From an uncultured Lachnospiraceae bacterium (GTDB lineage Bacteria > Bacillota > Clostridia > Lachnospirales > Lachnospiraceae): DNA of 64,000 nt. Both the position numbers and the translations under genes were made by a program. Position 1 is the first letter of the stretch; each line of letters begins with the position of its first letter. Shown here piece by piece: positions 30,374 to 39,126 of this stretch. The stretch spans positions 864 through 64,863 of the forward strand of contig CAZAQH010000002.1 in NCBI GenBank assembly GCA_964487395.1. The letters are read 5' to 3'. Below the pieces are notes generated by a model. That model had not been told where the DNA came from, made no database searches, and saw nothing but the letters and a program-made list of their open reading frames with translations.

Positions 30374-30408
30374 AAAAAGGGAAATCGTTTTTACGATTTC
30401 CCTTTTTT
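30374..30408. terminator. bidirectional intrinsic terminator after copZ
   Basis: A5, GGGAAATCG, a 6-nt loop, CGATTTCCC, then T6. Confidence 0.8.
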
Positions 30409-30423
30409 AATTCTATAAAAACA

Positions 30424-31011
30424 CTATTCCTGTTTGAGATAGATATCACATGCCTCTTTGATTTTAAATGCTTCAATATAAGCATTTTCTTTTGGAATCC
30501 ACTCTGTTTTAAAGCGATCGACCATATCTACACCATTACGTTTAGCAATCATTTCTAATTGTCTTTCAGAATCAATATCCATAAAAATCCGTAGAGAATA
30601 TGGATTCTTAAAATAAGGATGCATACTATAAGCACCTTCTATAATCGTAAGTGGCTTATACGGTATTGTTTCTGATTCTGCAATCGTCTGCTTATAACAA
30701 AGGTATCGTCTGTACATAACCCTTTCTTTTTTCAAAACCGTACTTAACACTTCCTGTTCAAATCGTTCGTAATCTACATTACCGCCGATTTGGGCTAAGC
30801 GCTTTTCTGTTCTCTGAGAAGGCTGTAAGAAGAAATCATCCATGTGAAAAACATTGCAGTCATAATACTCTAAAAGCGATTCTGCCAATGTTGTTTTCCC
30901 ACTTGCACTTCTGCCATCAATGGCAATGAAAAGTGTACCATCAACATTTTTCTTTATTAATTTGTCTATTTCATTTTTTACCTGTATAACGCTTTGCTCT
31001 TTCATACTCAC
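30424..31011 (-). CDS. uridine kinase / P-loop NTPase family protein
   Basis: 195 aa with the Walker A motif GRSASGKTT; overall layout resembles the uridine kinase/PRK family. Confidence 0.65.
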   Translation of the reverse strand: MSMKEQSVIQVKNEIDKLIKKNVDGTLFIAIDGRSASGKTTLAESLLEYYDCNVFHMDDFFLQPSQRTEKRLAQIGGNVDYERFEQEVLSTVLKKERVMYRRYLCYKQTIAESETIPYKPLTIIEGAYSMHPYFKNPYSLRIFMDIDSERQLEMIAKRNGVDMVDRFKTEWIPKENAYIEAFKIKEACDIYLKQE

Positions 31012-31034
31012 CAGTGCATTCTCTCTTCACTTTA

Positions 31035-32765
31035 CTAATACTGATATTGACTGATACTTCCCGAAAGTTCCTCTGCATTATGACGGTTATCTTCTGCTGC
31101 CACATTTAAAGCATGCATGCTTTCTGCAACCGCATCTGAGGAAATATTTAATTCGCTTAATCGTTTTGTACTGTCTAATACTGTTTTGCTCATTTCCTCT
31201 ATGCTATCAGAAATTTGAAAAATGGTATCTTTAATACGCTCCGTCTCTTCTGTCAAATCACACATCTTACTGTTAATTTCGCTGGCACTTCCGCCATACT
31301 GTTCTCCAATATTAACAAAAGAATCATAATCATGCAGTACGTCTGTTTTGATAAATGTACTTAATTCATTACTGCTTGTGAGCAATTCTTCTACTGCCGA
31401 AATAACCGATGCATTAATACTGTTGATACTTTCAATAGACGTCGCAATGTCCTGACTTAATTCACCAATATTACCTGCTACTACAGCAAAACCTTGTCCC
31501 GATTCTCCGGCTCTTGCCGCTTCAATTCTGGCATTCAGGCTTAAGATACTTGTCTGTCCGGCAATACCTTTAATCTGGTTGGCCATTTCATTAACCTTAT
31601 CAATCTGTTGTGCTCTTTCCATAACTTCCTGCATTTTTTCATATATAGCATCAATTTTTTCCATGGCACCGGCACGATTGTTCTTTGCTTCTTCGATAGC
31701 CTCATTAGCCTGTTTTTTCATGGTCTGTGTATATTCTTTTATGTCTTCCGTTCTCTCAGCAAGCGAACCAACCTCTTTAGCAGTACCCGCTAAATGATTA
31801 CTAATCGTCTCACTGGATGCGCTGCATTCTTCCATGTTGGCACTTAAGTTGGTAACGGTTTCGTTAATACCACCCATTTCATTTTTGTTGGTTGCAACCG
31901 TTGCAAGCATATTGGAACCACTTTCAAAAACAGAATCCGATATAGCTGACACTCTTTTTAACAAATCACGAATCTGTTCCAAAAACTGATTCATATTATC
32001 AGCAATAACTTCAAGTTCGTCTCCGCTTTTCATTTCAATCTCTTTTGTAAAATCTCCATCACCATCTTTTAAATCCACTACTTTTTTATTAAGTTTCTTT
32101 AAATTACGGCTGAGCCTCTGACTGATTAAAGTTGCACAGATAACACCAAGCAGCACAACAATAATCCCAATAAAGATAAAGGTCTGTGAGACCTTTGCAA
32201 GCTGACTGTTAATCCAGTCAACACTAATATCAACACCCACAATACCTACTACACTACCAGTACTGTCATAGATTGGACTGTATGCGCTAAAATAACTGCC
32301 CCATTCATCCGTTGTAATTTCACTGTCAGCAGTCGTTGCACCGTTAAATGCTGCTTCCATTTCTTCCAGCATTTCATAAGGTTCATAGAGGTCTGCCGGT
32401 TCTTCTGTATCTGCATCTACTACAAAAACAACACTTCCATCCTCTAACTGCTTCATTGTATAAATATATTCAATATTACTATTGTCTCTAAAAACAGCAA
32501 GCTTATCTAATACTGTGGCATACTCCTCACTCTCTTCCATTCCTTCTGCGATTTGTCCAAATACATCGCCATCAATATCTGCTGCTGCACAGGCGGCTAT
32601 GTCTTTTCCATTGCTCTTTGCCTGCTCAATCATATCATTGCTGACTCTTCCATACGTTGCTAATGCCAAGATAGCTGTAGAACCAATACAGATAACTGAA
32701 ATAAGCATCGTCAGTTTACCTGCAATGCTTATTTTACGAACCTTCATACTTTTTTTCTTTTGCAT
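31035..32765 (-). CDS. methyl-accepting chemotaxis protein with a Cache-like sensor
   Basis: 576 aa. TM segment, periplasmic sensor, second TM segment, HAMP domain, and the conserved hairpin tip SILSLNARIEAARAGESGQGFAVVAGNIGELS. Confidence 0.88.
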   Translation of the reverse strand: MQKKKSMKVRKISIAGKLTMLISVICIGSTAILALATYGRVSNDMIEQAKSNGKDIAACAAADIDGDVFGQIAEGMEESEEYATVLDKLAVFRDNSNIEYIYTMKQLEDGSVVFVVDADTEEPADLYEPYEMLEEMEAAFNGATTADSEITTDEWGSYFSAYSPIYDSTGSVVGIVGVDISVDWINSQLAKVSQTFIFIGIIVVLLGVICATLISQRLSRNLKKLNKKVVDLKDGDGDFTKEIEMKSGDELEVIADNMNQFLEQIRDLLKRVSAISDSVFESGSNMLATVATNKNEMGGINETVTNLSANMEECSASSETISNHLAGTAKEVGSLAERTEDIKEYTQTMKKQANEAIEEAKNNRAGAMEKIDAIYEKMQEVMERAQQIDKVNEMANQIKGIAGQTSILSLNARIEAARAGESGQGFAVVAGNIGELSQDIATSIESINSINASVISAVEELLTSSNELSTFIKTDVLHDYDSFVNIGEQYGGSASEINSKMCDLTEETERIKDTIFQISDSIEEMSKTVLDSTKRLSELNISSDAVAESMHALNVAAEDNRHNAEELSGSISQYQY

Positions 32766-32796
32766 AGACTTCTCCCCCGCCAGTTTAGATTTCCGA

Positions 32797-33399
32797 CTAT
32801 TTCAAGTTGTTATCTTTGCTCACTTTCTTGGATATAATATACAAAACTATAGCCAGTACAAGAGCAATAATAATAAACACCGGATTTTCAAGTGCCTGTA
32901 CCAGGCTCTGTCCGAATAAAGATAATAATAAAATCATAATTGCTTTTGCTGTAACCATAATACACAGATATTTCTTTTCATCAAAATCCGAAATACCAAA
33001 AGCAAAGTTAAGGAATGAGGATGGTGTAAATGGTACGATAGCAATTAAAAATAATGCCTTTGGATTTACTCCGTTCACCCAGTCTCTTGCTTTTCTTACT
33101 TTATTATACCTTTTAACAAGCTTTAGGAAAAGTTTTTTTGCTATTTTTCTAAAAAAAAGAAACACTAACGTGCTACCAATACAGGCACCAACCCAGCTAT
33201 ACAAAAAACCAAGTATAATTCCATGTGCTGCTACGTTTAATGTCACAATGGCAATTAACGGCAAAGCGGGTATAAGGGATTCCGTTGCTGCCAATAAAAT
33301 AGGTGCCAGCGGTCCTAAAATACGGAATGAATGGAACACTGACTCCCAAAATTCCACTGTAGATATTAATTTAATATATTCCATCATTTTTGTACTCAT
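32797..33399 (-). CDS. TVP38/TMEM64 (DedA-related) membrane protein
   Basis: 200 aa, polytopic, with a SNARE_assoc-like core (FLYSWVGACIGSTLVFLFFR...FTPSSFLNFAFG). Confidence 0.75.
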   Translation of the reverse strand: MSTKMMEYIKLISTVEFWESVFHSFRILGPLAPILLAATESLIPALPLIAIVTLNVAAHGIILGFLYSWVGACIGSTLVFLFFRKIAKKLFLKLVKRYNKVRKARDWVNGVNPKALFLIAIVPFTPSSFLNFAFGISDFDEKKYLCIMVTAKAIMILLLSLFGQSLVQALENPVFIIIALVLAIVLYIISKKVSKDNNLK

Positions 33400-33593
33400 A
33401 TTGCTCCTAATTTATAAACTAACGCTCAACAAAAGTCAAACGCGTTCGTAAGATATATTTACTAATATTCTAAATATATAACGAAGATTAACTTAATTTT
33501 TTTCCAAATTCAATCCATTTTAGAATAAATTAAGCATTTCTTAACATTTACACATATGATATACTATCCATATTAAAAAAAAGAGGTATTTAT

Positions 33594-34376
33594 ATGAACA
33601 CTACATTAATTTTGGGACTACTGCTTCCCTTTGCGGGAACTACGTTAGGTGCCGCCTGCGTTTTCTTTCTTCGAAAGGATTTACCCGTTAAGTTGCAGAA
33701 AACACTACTGGGATTTGCATCCGGCGTAATGATTGCCGCTTCCGTCTGGTCACTTCTTATCCCATCAATTGATATGGCTTCCGGAATGGGGAAATTTTCT
33801 TTCATTCCCGCTGCTGTCGGTTTTTTACTTGGTATTTTATTCTTGTTTTTAATGGATGCACTGATTCCACATCTTCACTTAAATACAAATGAACCGGAAG
33901 GACCGCACTCATCCCTGAAAAAAACGACTATGCTTGTGCTTGCCGTTACTCTCCATAATATTCCGGAAGGAATGGCCGTTGGTGTTGTATTTGCCGGTAT
34001 GTTATCCGGAGATGGCAGTGTCACTGCCGCCGGAGCTTTTGCTCTTGCAATTGGCATTGCAATCCAGAACTTTCCGGAGGGAGCCATCATTTCATTACCA
34101 CTAAAAGGTGAAGGCTCCACTAAGCTAAAAGCATTTACAAACGGTATGTTATCCGGTATCGTAGAGCCAATTGCCGCAGTTATTACCATATTAATATCCG
34201 GAATTATTACTCCTATACTTCCATACCTCCTGGCATTTGCTGCCGGAGCCATGCTTTATGTTGTAGTAGAAGAATTAATTCCCGAAGCCTCCGAAGAACC
34301 TCACAGTAATGTAACTGTCTGGGGCTTTTCAATCGGCTTTGTCCTTATGATGGTACTTGATGTAGCATTAGGTTAA
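33594..34376 (+). CDS. ZIP family divalent metal (zinc) transporter
   Basis: 260 aa with the HNIPEGMAVG and QNFPEGA metal-binding TM motifs. Confidence 0.85.
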   Translation: MNTTLILGLLLPFAGTTLGAACVFFLRKDLPVKLQKTLLGFASGVMIAASVWSLLIPSIDMASGMGKFSFIPAAVGFLLGILFLFLMDALIPHLHLNTNEPEGPHSSLKKTTMLVLAVTLHNIPEGMAVGVVFAGMLSGDGSVTAAGAFALAIGIAIQNFPEGAIISLPLKGEGSTKLKAFTNGMLSGIVEPIAAVITILISGIITPILPYLLAFAAGAMLYVVVEELIPEASEEPHSNVTVWGFSIGFVLMMVLDVALG

Positions 34377-34383
34377 TATTTAA

Positions 34384-37300
34384 TTACAAAGATGAATGAA
34401 GAAGTCTGCTGATTTCCTGTAAATCGTTAATGCAGACTTTTTCTTTTTTTCTGTCGTAAGTAAGCAAACCGTTTATCTCATCTTCAACGTCGCTTAACTG
34501 CGTATAAACGCAACCGCATAATCCCTTAGGGATAGCCGGAATAATCATTTCCTTGTACATACTTATCATTTTCTTAGTCACATCTTTTTCACTTTCACAA
34601 TTTCCATAACCATAATGAGTGTATTTACTGTAAAAATGGCCAGGTATTGCAAAGGAATATCCGCCGCATTCAGACACAAGGGTTGGTTTGTGATGTGATA
34701 CCGGAACCTTCTTGTTATTATAATAAATATGGAGACTTTTTACTTCTGTCTTTTTTCCAAAAAACCATCCTGATGTTGTGTCAATAATTCTGGTGGTGTC
34801 TTTGGATTTTATGGTCTCATACATTGCATCACTGTCAAACTGTCCCCAGCCTTCATTAAAAATTGTGTAGTAAACAATACATGGGTGGTTATAAAGTGTT
34901 TCAACTGTTGCAATGCTGTGTTTTACAAAAATTCTTTTTCTTTTCTTATTACCGTTAAAGCGATGGTCGTTACGATGAAATTTACCAAGGTAAGGCATTG
35001 CGGTGTCTCTAAAAAAGGAATAATGCCCATTATTGACCATATCCTGCATTACAAGCATTCCCAGTCTGTCACATGCATAGTAGAATGCCTCCGGTTCAAT
35101 TTTAATATGCTTCCTGAGTGTATTAAATCCCATTTTCTTCATTGCAAGAATATCTTCTTCATACGACTTCTCACATGCCGGTGTATAGATTCCATCACTG
35201 AAATAACCCTGATCCAAAACTCCATGAAGAAAAATTGGTTCACCATTTAAGCAGATACGTTGTTGTCCTTTTATATCTTTAATCTCAATTGTACGTAATG
35301 CGAAGTAGGAATTGACCTTATCCTCTCCTGCTGATATCTGAATCGAATACAAATGTGGGGAATCCGGCGTCCACAATTCAGGCTTGTATTCTTTACCAAG
35401 CTTTTTCATTTCCTCTACCAAATCAATGCGGAATTCTTCATCATAACTCATTGCTGTTATGGTATCGCCCTCTATCGGAATTGTCACATAAACAGGAACT
35501 GGAGATGTCCTATTAACTTTGAGTGTAATCCCTGTTTTATATGGTGTTATTTTAATATTCTTAATATAATCTTCCGGCACACTTTCAAGCCACACCGACT
35601 GCCAGATACCGCTTATCGGTGTGTACCACATTCCACCGCGTTTCCTGCATTGTTTTCCGTATGGATAATTCTCTGAAAGTAAATCAATAACCTTAACTTC
35701 CAGAATGTTTTCCATATTGTCATTTTTTAAATAATCAGTTATGTCAACTTCGAAAGGGAGATAGCCACCTTCATGTTTTGTTAATAATGTATCATTCAAA
35801 AAAATCTCGGCAATCTGATCCACTGCTCCAAAATGAAGCAACACTCTGCCTTTTATAAAATCCTCTGGAATGGTAAAACTCTTTATGTAATGCAGATGGA
35901 AGCCTGTAAATTTATGATATCCCGATAAAATAGACTGTGGTGCAAACGGAACTCTTATTGTATTCCGGTTCAACTGCCATTCACCATTTAATGATATGTA
36001 GGAATTACGCTTCATCTGCGGTCTCGGATAAGCCTTCCACGGCTGCTCACCGTTATTCCATTTATCGAGACATTTTTCTCCAAGGTCTGTCATTAAATCA
36101 TGATGTCCATGTCGAATCATTTCAAAAATTCCACCAAGGACAAATAAAAGGACAATGGCTGCCACAAATGCAGCTGCATATATATTATGATTAGGAATAA
36201 AGGATGTGGTTCCGTCACTATTTTGAATCGTCTTTGCATTTTTTAGAACTGCTGCCCCAATTGCCGGTCCGACAATACCCGGAATAAATACCTGTCCAAA
36301 TATACGAAGGCCCTGAAAAAGCCCAGCTTTTTCCCTTGGAATGTTGTCACGAATCATTGCTCCAAAAATAGCCATGCCTGTTAAATAACCTGTCATCATA
36401 AAAAGGGAACCAGCAAAAACCGAAATGGTATTGGTAAAAAAGAATAAAAAGAAATATCCGACCATCAACATGATTATCGTCAGAAGCACTGACATTCGAA
36501 ATCCCACCATGTCATATAATTTCCCGTAAAAAGCGGTAATCACAGATGCCAGAATAATAGCAGGTGCCATAATAAGTACATAATTGTTAAGTCCTAAGCT
36601 CACCTCATAATAAAGAATCAGATATGGCATAAAAATCTGAATCGAAATTCCAAATACTGCAAAGGCAAGCACGACCATATAAAGCAGTTTATGATTTTTA
36701 AAGACGCTTGGACGAAAACTGTAAATAAGATTCTTAAAGTAGCTTTTATTTTCATCCGATGCCACTGCATGATCTTCCATTAGAAAAATACATAGAATAC
36801 CGATTAAAATTACTGAAATACCTATAATCAGAAAAATGGTGATCCAGCTTTTCTGTAACTCCAGATTAAAAGCCATAAAACCACCAAAGACAACTAATAT
36901 AGCAACTAAAGGCATCATGGAATTGATGCCTTCTATTTTTCCTCTGTTCGTGTCATCTCCACTATCCGTAAGCCATGCATTGAAGCAGGCATCATTAGCG
37001 GATGACCCAAAGAAAGTCATGACACAGTCTAACAGTATAACAAGTGAAATACCTAAAGATGCAGCCTCAATTACGGAGCCTGTCAATTTTTCAAGTATAT
37101 CCATTCGAATCAATGCAAAGGACAGAATCGAGATACCCCAGACGATATATCCCCCGCAAACAAATATTTTTCTTTTTCCAATTTTATCAGAAAGCGCTCC
37201 TATAAGCAGAGTAGTAAGGGTAGCCGCTACTGCACTTGCTCCAACCATAAGTGATATATCTGCTGCACTTGCATGAAACATTTTATAGAGAAAAACATTA

Positions 37301-37392
37301 AAATACATATTCTCCACTACCCATGCAATCTGTCCAATCAAGCTTAAAATCACCATGGTAATCCAGAATTTCTTTCCCAATTTTGTCTGCAT
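34384..37392 (-). CDS. fusion protein: 12-TM MFS/GPH-like transporter (N-terminal, about nt 36076-37392) plus glycoside hydrolase family 2 enzyme (C-terminal, about nt 34387-36075)
   Basis: Single 1002-aa ORF. I count 12 hydrophobic helices in aa 1-435. Then come a GH2 sugar-binding domain (LNGEWQL...FGAVDQIAEIFLNDTLLTKHEGGYLPFEVDITDYL) and a TIM barrel with candidate acid/base (IFNEGWG) and nucleophile (LVSECGGYS) glutamates. Confidence 0.8.
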   Translation of the reverse strand: MQTKLGKKFWITMVILSLIGQIAWVVENMYFNVFLYKMFHASAADISLMVGASAVAATLTTLLIGALSDKIGKRKIFVCGGYIVWGISILSFALIRMDILEKLTGSVIEAASLGISLVILLDCVMTFFGSSANDACFNAWLTDSGDDTNRGKIEGINSMMPLVAILVVFGGFMAFNLELQKSWITIFLIIGISVILIGILCIFLMEDHAVASDENKSYFKNLIYSFRPSVFKNHKLLYMVVLAFAVFGISIQIFMPYLILYYEVSLGLNNYVLIMAPAIILASVITAFYGKLYDMVGFRMSVLLTIIMLMVGYFFLFFFTNTISVFAGSLFMMTGYLTGMAIFGAMIRDNIPREKAGLFQGLRIFGQVFIPGIVGPAIGAAVLKNAKTIQNSDGTTSFIPNHNIYAAAFVAAIVLLFVLGGIFEMIRHGHHDLMTDLGEKCLDKWNNGEQPWKAYPRPQMKRNSYISLNGEWQLNRNTIRVPFAPQSILSGYHKFTGFHLHYIKSFTIPEDFIKGRVLLHFGAVDQIAEIFLNDTLLTKHEGGYLPFEVDITDYLKNDNMENILEVKVIDLLSENYPYGKQCRKRGGMWYTPISGIWQSVWLESVPEDYIKNIKITPYKTGITLKVNRTSPVPVYVTIPIEGDTITAMSYDEEFRIDLVEEMKKLGKEYKPELWTPDSPHLYSIQISAGEDKVNSYFALRTIEIKDIKGQQRICLNGEPIFLHGVLDQGYFSDGIYTPACEKSYEEDILAMKKMGFNTLRKHIKIEPEAFYYACDRLGMLVMQDMVNNGHYSFFRDTAMPYLGKFHRNDHRFNGNKKRKRIFVKHSIATVETLYNHPCIVYYTIFNEGWGQFDSDAMYETIKSKDTTRIIDTTSGWFFGKKTEVKSLHIYYNNKKVPVSHHKPTLVSECGGYSFAIPGHFYSKYTHYGYGNCESEKDVTKKMISMYKEMIIPAIPKGLCGCVYTQLSDVEDEINGLLTYDRKKEKVCINDLQEISRLLHSSL

Positions 37393-37469
37393 ATAAAGCC
37401 TCCTGATTATATTTTCATAACACTTTTATTATACTACATAGAAGGTATACAGCAAAAGTAATTTTCAGA

Positions 37470-38435
37470 TTAAAGTGCAAATTGGAAGAAGCAAAAGCCT
37501 GCATACACAAGTAATAATAAAATACCCTGTACTCTGGATAACTTCTCACGTATCAATGCAGGTACCGTCAGTAAAAGCATAACACCAAACATAACCGGAA
37601 TATCCACTACAAGTGAAGCATTCATACCAGCAATAACTTTGCTCTGAGGTATGGCAAACGGAGCCAGCACGGTAGATACACCACTAACCAACACAAGATT
37701 AAATAAGTTAGCACCAATGATATTACCCAGTGACAGTGCACCATGTCCTTTTATAAGAGAGGTAATTGCCGTAACAAGTTCCGGCAAAGAAGTACCAAGT
37801 GCTACAAATGTCAATGCAATAACGGATTCCGGAACACCGACTGCCTGTGCTATTAATGTACCATTATTAACTAAAAGATTCGCTCCAACTGCTATTAATG
37901 CCGCACCAACAATAAGTAATATAAGATCTTTACCCATGGAATACTTTTCATCTTCTGCATTAGTCTCCTGACTGGTTTGTGGATTTTTCTTAGCCTGTAT
38001 AACTGTAACTGTCATATAAATCAAGAACATAGCAAGCAGAATAAATCCTGTTAATCTGCTGAAATTCTGAAATTTATAAGCAATAAATGAGTAAAAAACT
38101 GCTGCCACAAAAAAGAATATAACCGGTATACGCAGTGATTTACGGTCTACCTTGGATGGCTTGATTGCAACAGTCAATGCTGCAATTAAAGATGTATTGC
38201 AAATAATGGAACCAATCGCATTACCATATGCAATTTCACCATGTCCACTGACAGCAGACGTAGCCGATACCATTACCTCAGGCAATGTCGTACCAATAGA
38301 TACTACCGTAGCACCAATAAGTAATTCCGGAATATGAAAATGATGTGCAATTCCACTTGCCCCATCTACAAACCAGTCTCCTCCTTTAATCAATAAAACA
38401 AGTCCAACTAAAAATAATAATACGGGTACTAACAT
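37470..38435 (-). CDS. Ca2+/Na+ (CaCA family, YrbG-like) antiporter
   Basis: 321 aa with two alpha-repeats (GNAIGSIICN and GNIIGANLFN). Confidence 0.85.
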   Translation of the reverse strand: MLVPVLLFLVGLVLLIKGGDWFVDGASGIAHHFHIPELLIGATVVSIGTTLPEVMVSATSAVSGHGEIAYGNAIGSIICNTSLIAALTVAIKPSKVDRKSLRIPVIFFFVAAVFYSFIAYKFQNFSRLTGFILLAMFLIYMTVTVIQAKKNPQTSQETNAEDEKYSMGKDLILLIVGAALIAVGANLLVNNGTLIAQAVGVPESVIALTFVALGTSLPELVTAITSLIKGHGALSLGNIIGANLFNLVLVSGVSTVLAPFAIPQSKVIAGMNASLVVDIPVMFGVMLLLTVPALIREKLSRVQGILLLLVYAGFCFFQFAL

Positions 38436-38476
38436 TTCTTTTTCCTCCTCTTGTACTGTCCACTTAAAAGTTTTAT

Positions 38477-39058
38477 CTATATGTTGCTAATAAATATTTC
38501 CAAACCAATTATAATCAGTATTACCCCACCCAGAATGGCTGCCTTATTTGATAATTCTGTTCCAAGTTTTTTACCAATTGCCAAGCCCGCCATACAGATG
38601 ATAAATGTAATAATTGCAATAATGAATGCACAAATAAGTGCCATACCACAATTATAATTAGCTATTGTAAAACCAACCGAAAGTGCATCAATAGAAGTTG
38701 CAACTCCTTGTACCAGCAATGCCGATAATGTCACTTCACATATATCTTTTTTTTCATCCTTGTGTCGAATTCCCTCAAGTAGCATTTTACCACCAATGTA
38801 ACATAACAGAATAAGTGCAATCCAGGGAACTAATTTTTCAAAGGATTCAAAGACACGCATAATTGTATGTACGCATATCCACCCAATCATTGGCATAAGT
38901 GCCTGAAATCCCGCAAAAACACCGGCAATTCCACACATTCTTTTTCTCTTCATCTCTGGTTCATTCAAGCCATTTGCAAGTGAAACAGAAAATGCATCCA
39001 TTGCAAGACCAATCCCAAGTAATACGCTGTTAAAAAAGAACAATAAATTCCACTCCAT
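38477..39058 (-). CDS. mntP: manganese efflux pump MntP
   Basis: GLAMDAFSVS and SIDALSVG motifs. Start set to MEWNLLFFF at 39058 (AGAGG RBS); the track start at 39130 would overlap the upstream gene. Confidence 0.8.
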   Translation of the reverse strand: MEWNLLFFFNSVLLGIGLAMDAFSVSLANGLNEPEMKRKRMCGIAGVFAGFQALMPMIGWICVHTIMRVFESFEKLVPWIALILLCYIGGKMLLEGIRHKDEKKDICEVTLSALLVQGVATSIDALSVGFTIANYNCGMALICAFIIAIITFIICMAGLAIGKKLGTELSNKAAILGGVILIIIGLEIFISNI

Positions 39059-39126
39059 ACACTGACCTCTATAATATTTATTATATAAAATATGAAATAT
39101 GATGATACCTAATAATAACTTTTTTG

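Noticed and set aside
32807-33451. A 214-aa plus-strand ORF covering the whole TVP38-family gene.
   Set aside because: It is antisense to a minus-strand ORF with a recognisable TVP38/DedA-like polytopic pattern and a proper RBS. The plus-strand product is compositionally odd and has no start context. The same reasoning applies to other long antisense ORFs (8552-8974, 12243-12617, 15202-15519, 36836-37276, 43101-43517, 43996-44406, 60853-61362).
39059-39126. A yybP-ykoY (manganese) riboswitch upstream of mntP.
   Set aside because: Only about 68 nt separate the likely mntP start from the upstream stop codon. I could not recognise the conserved four-helix motif there.
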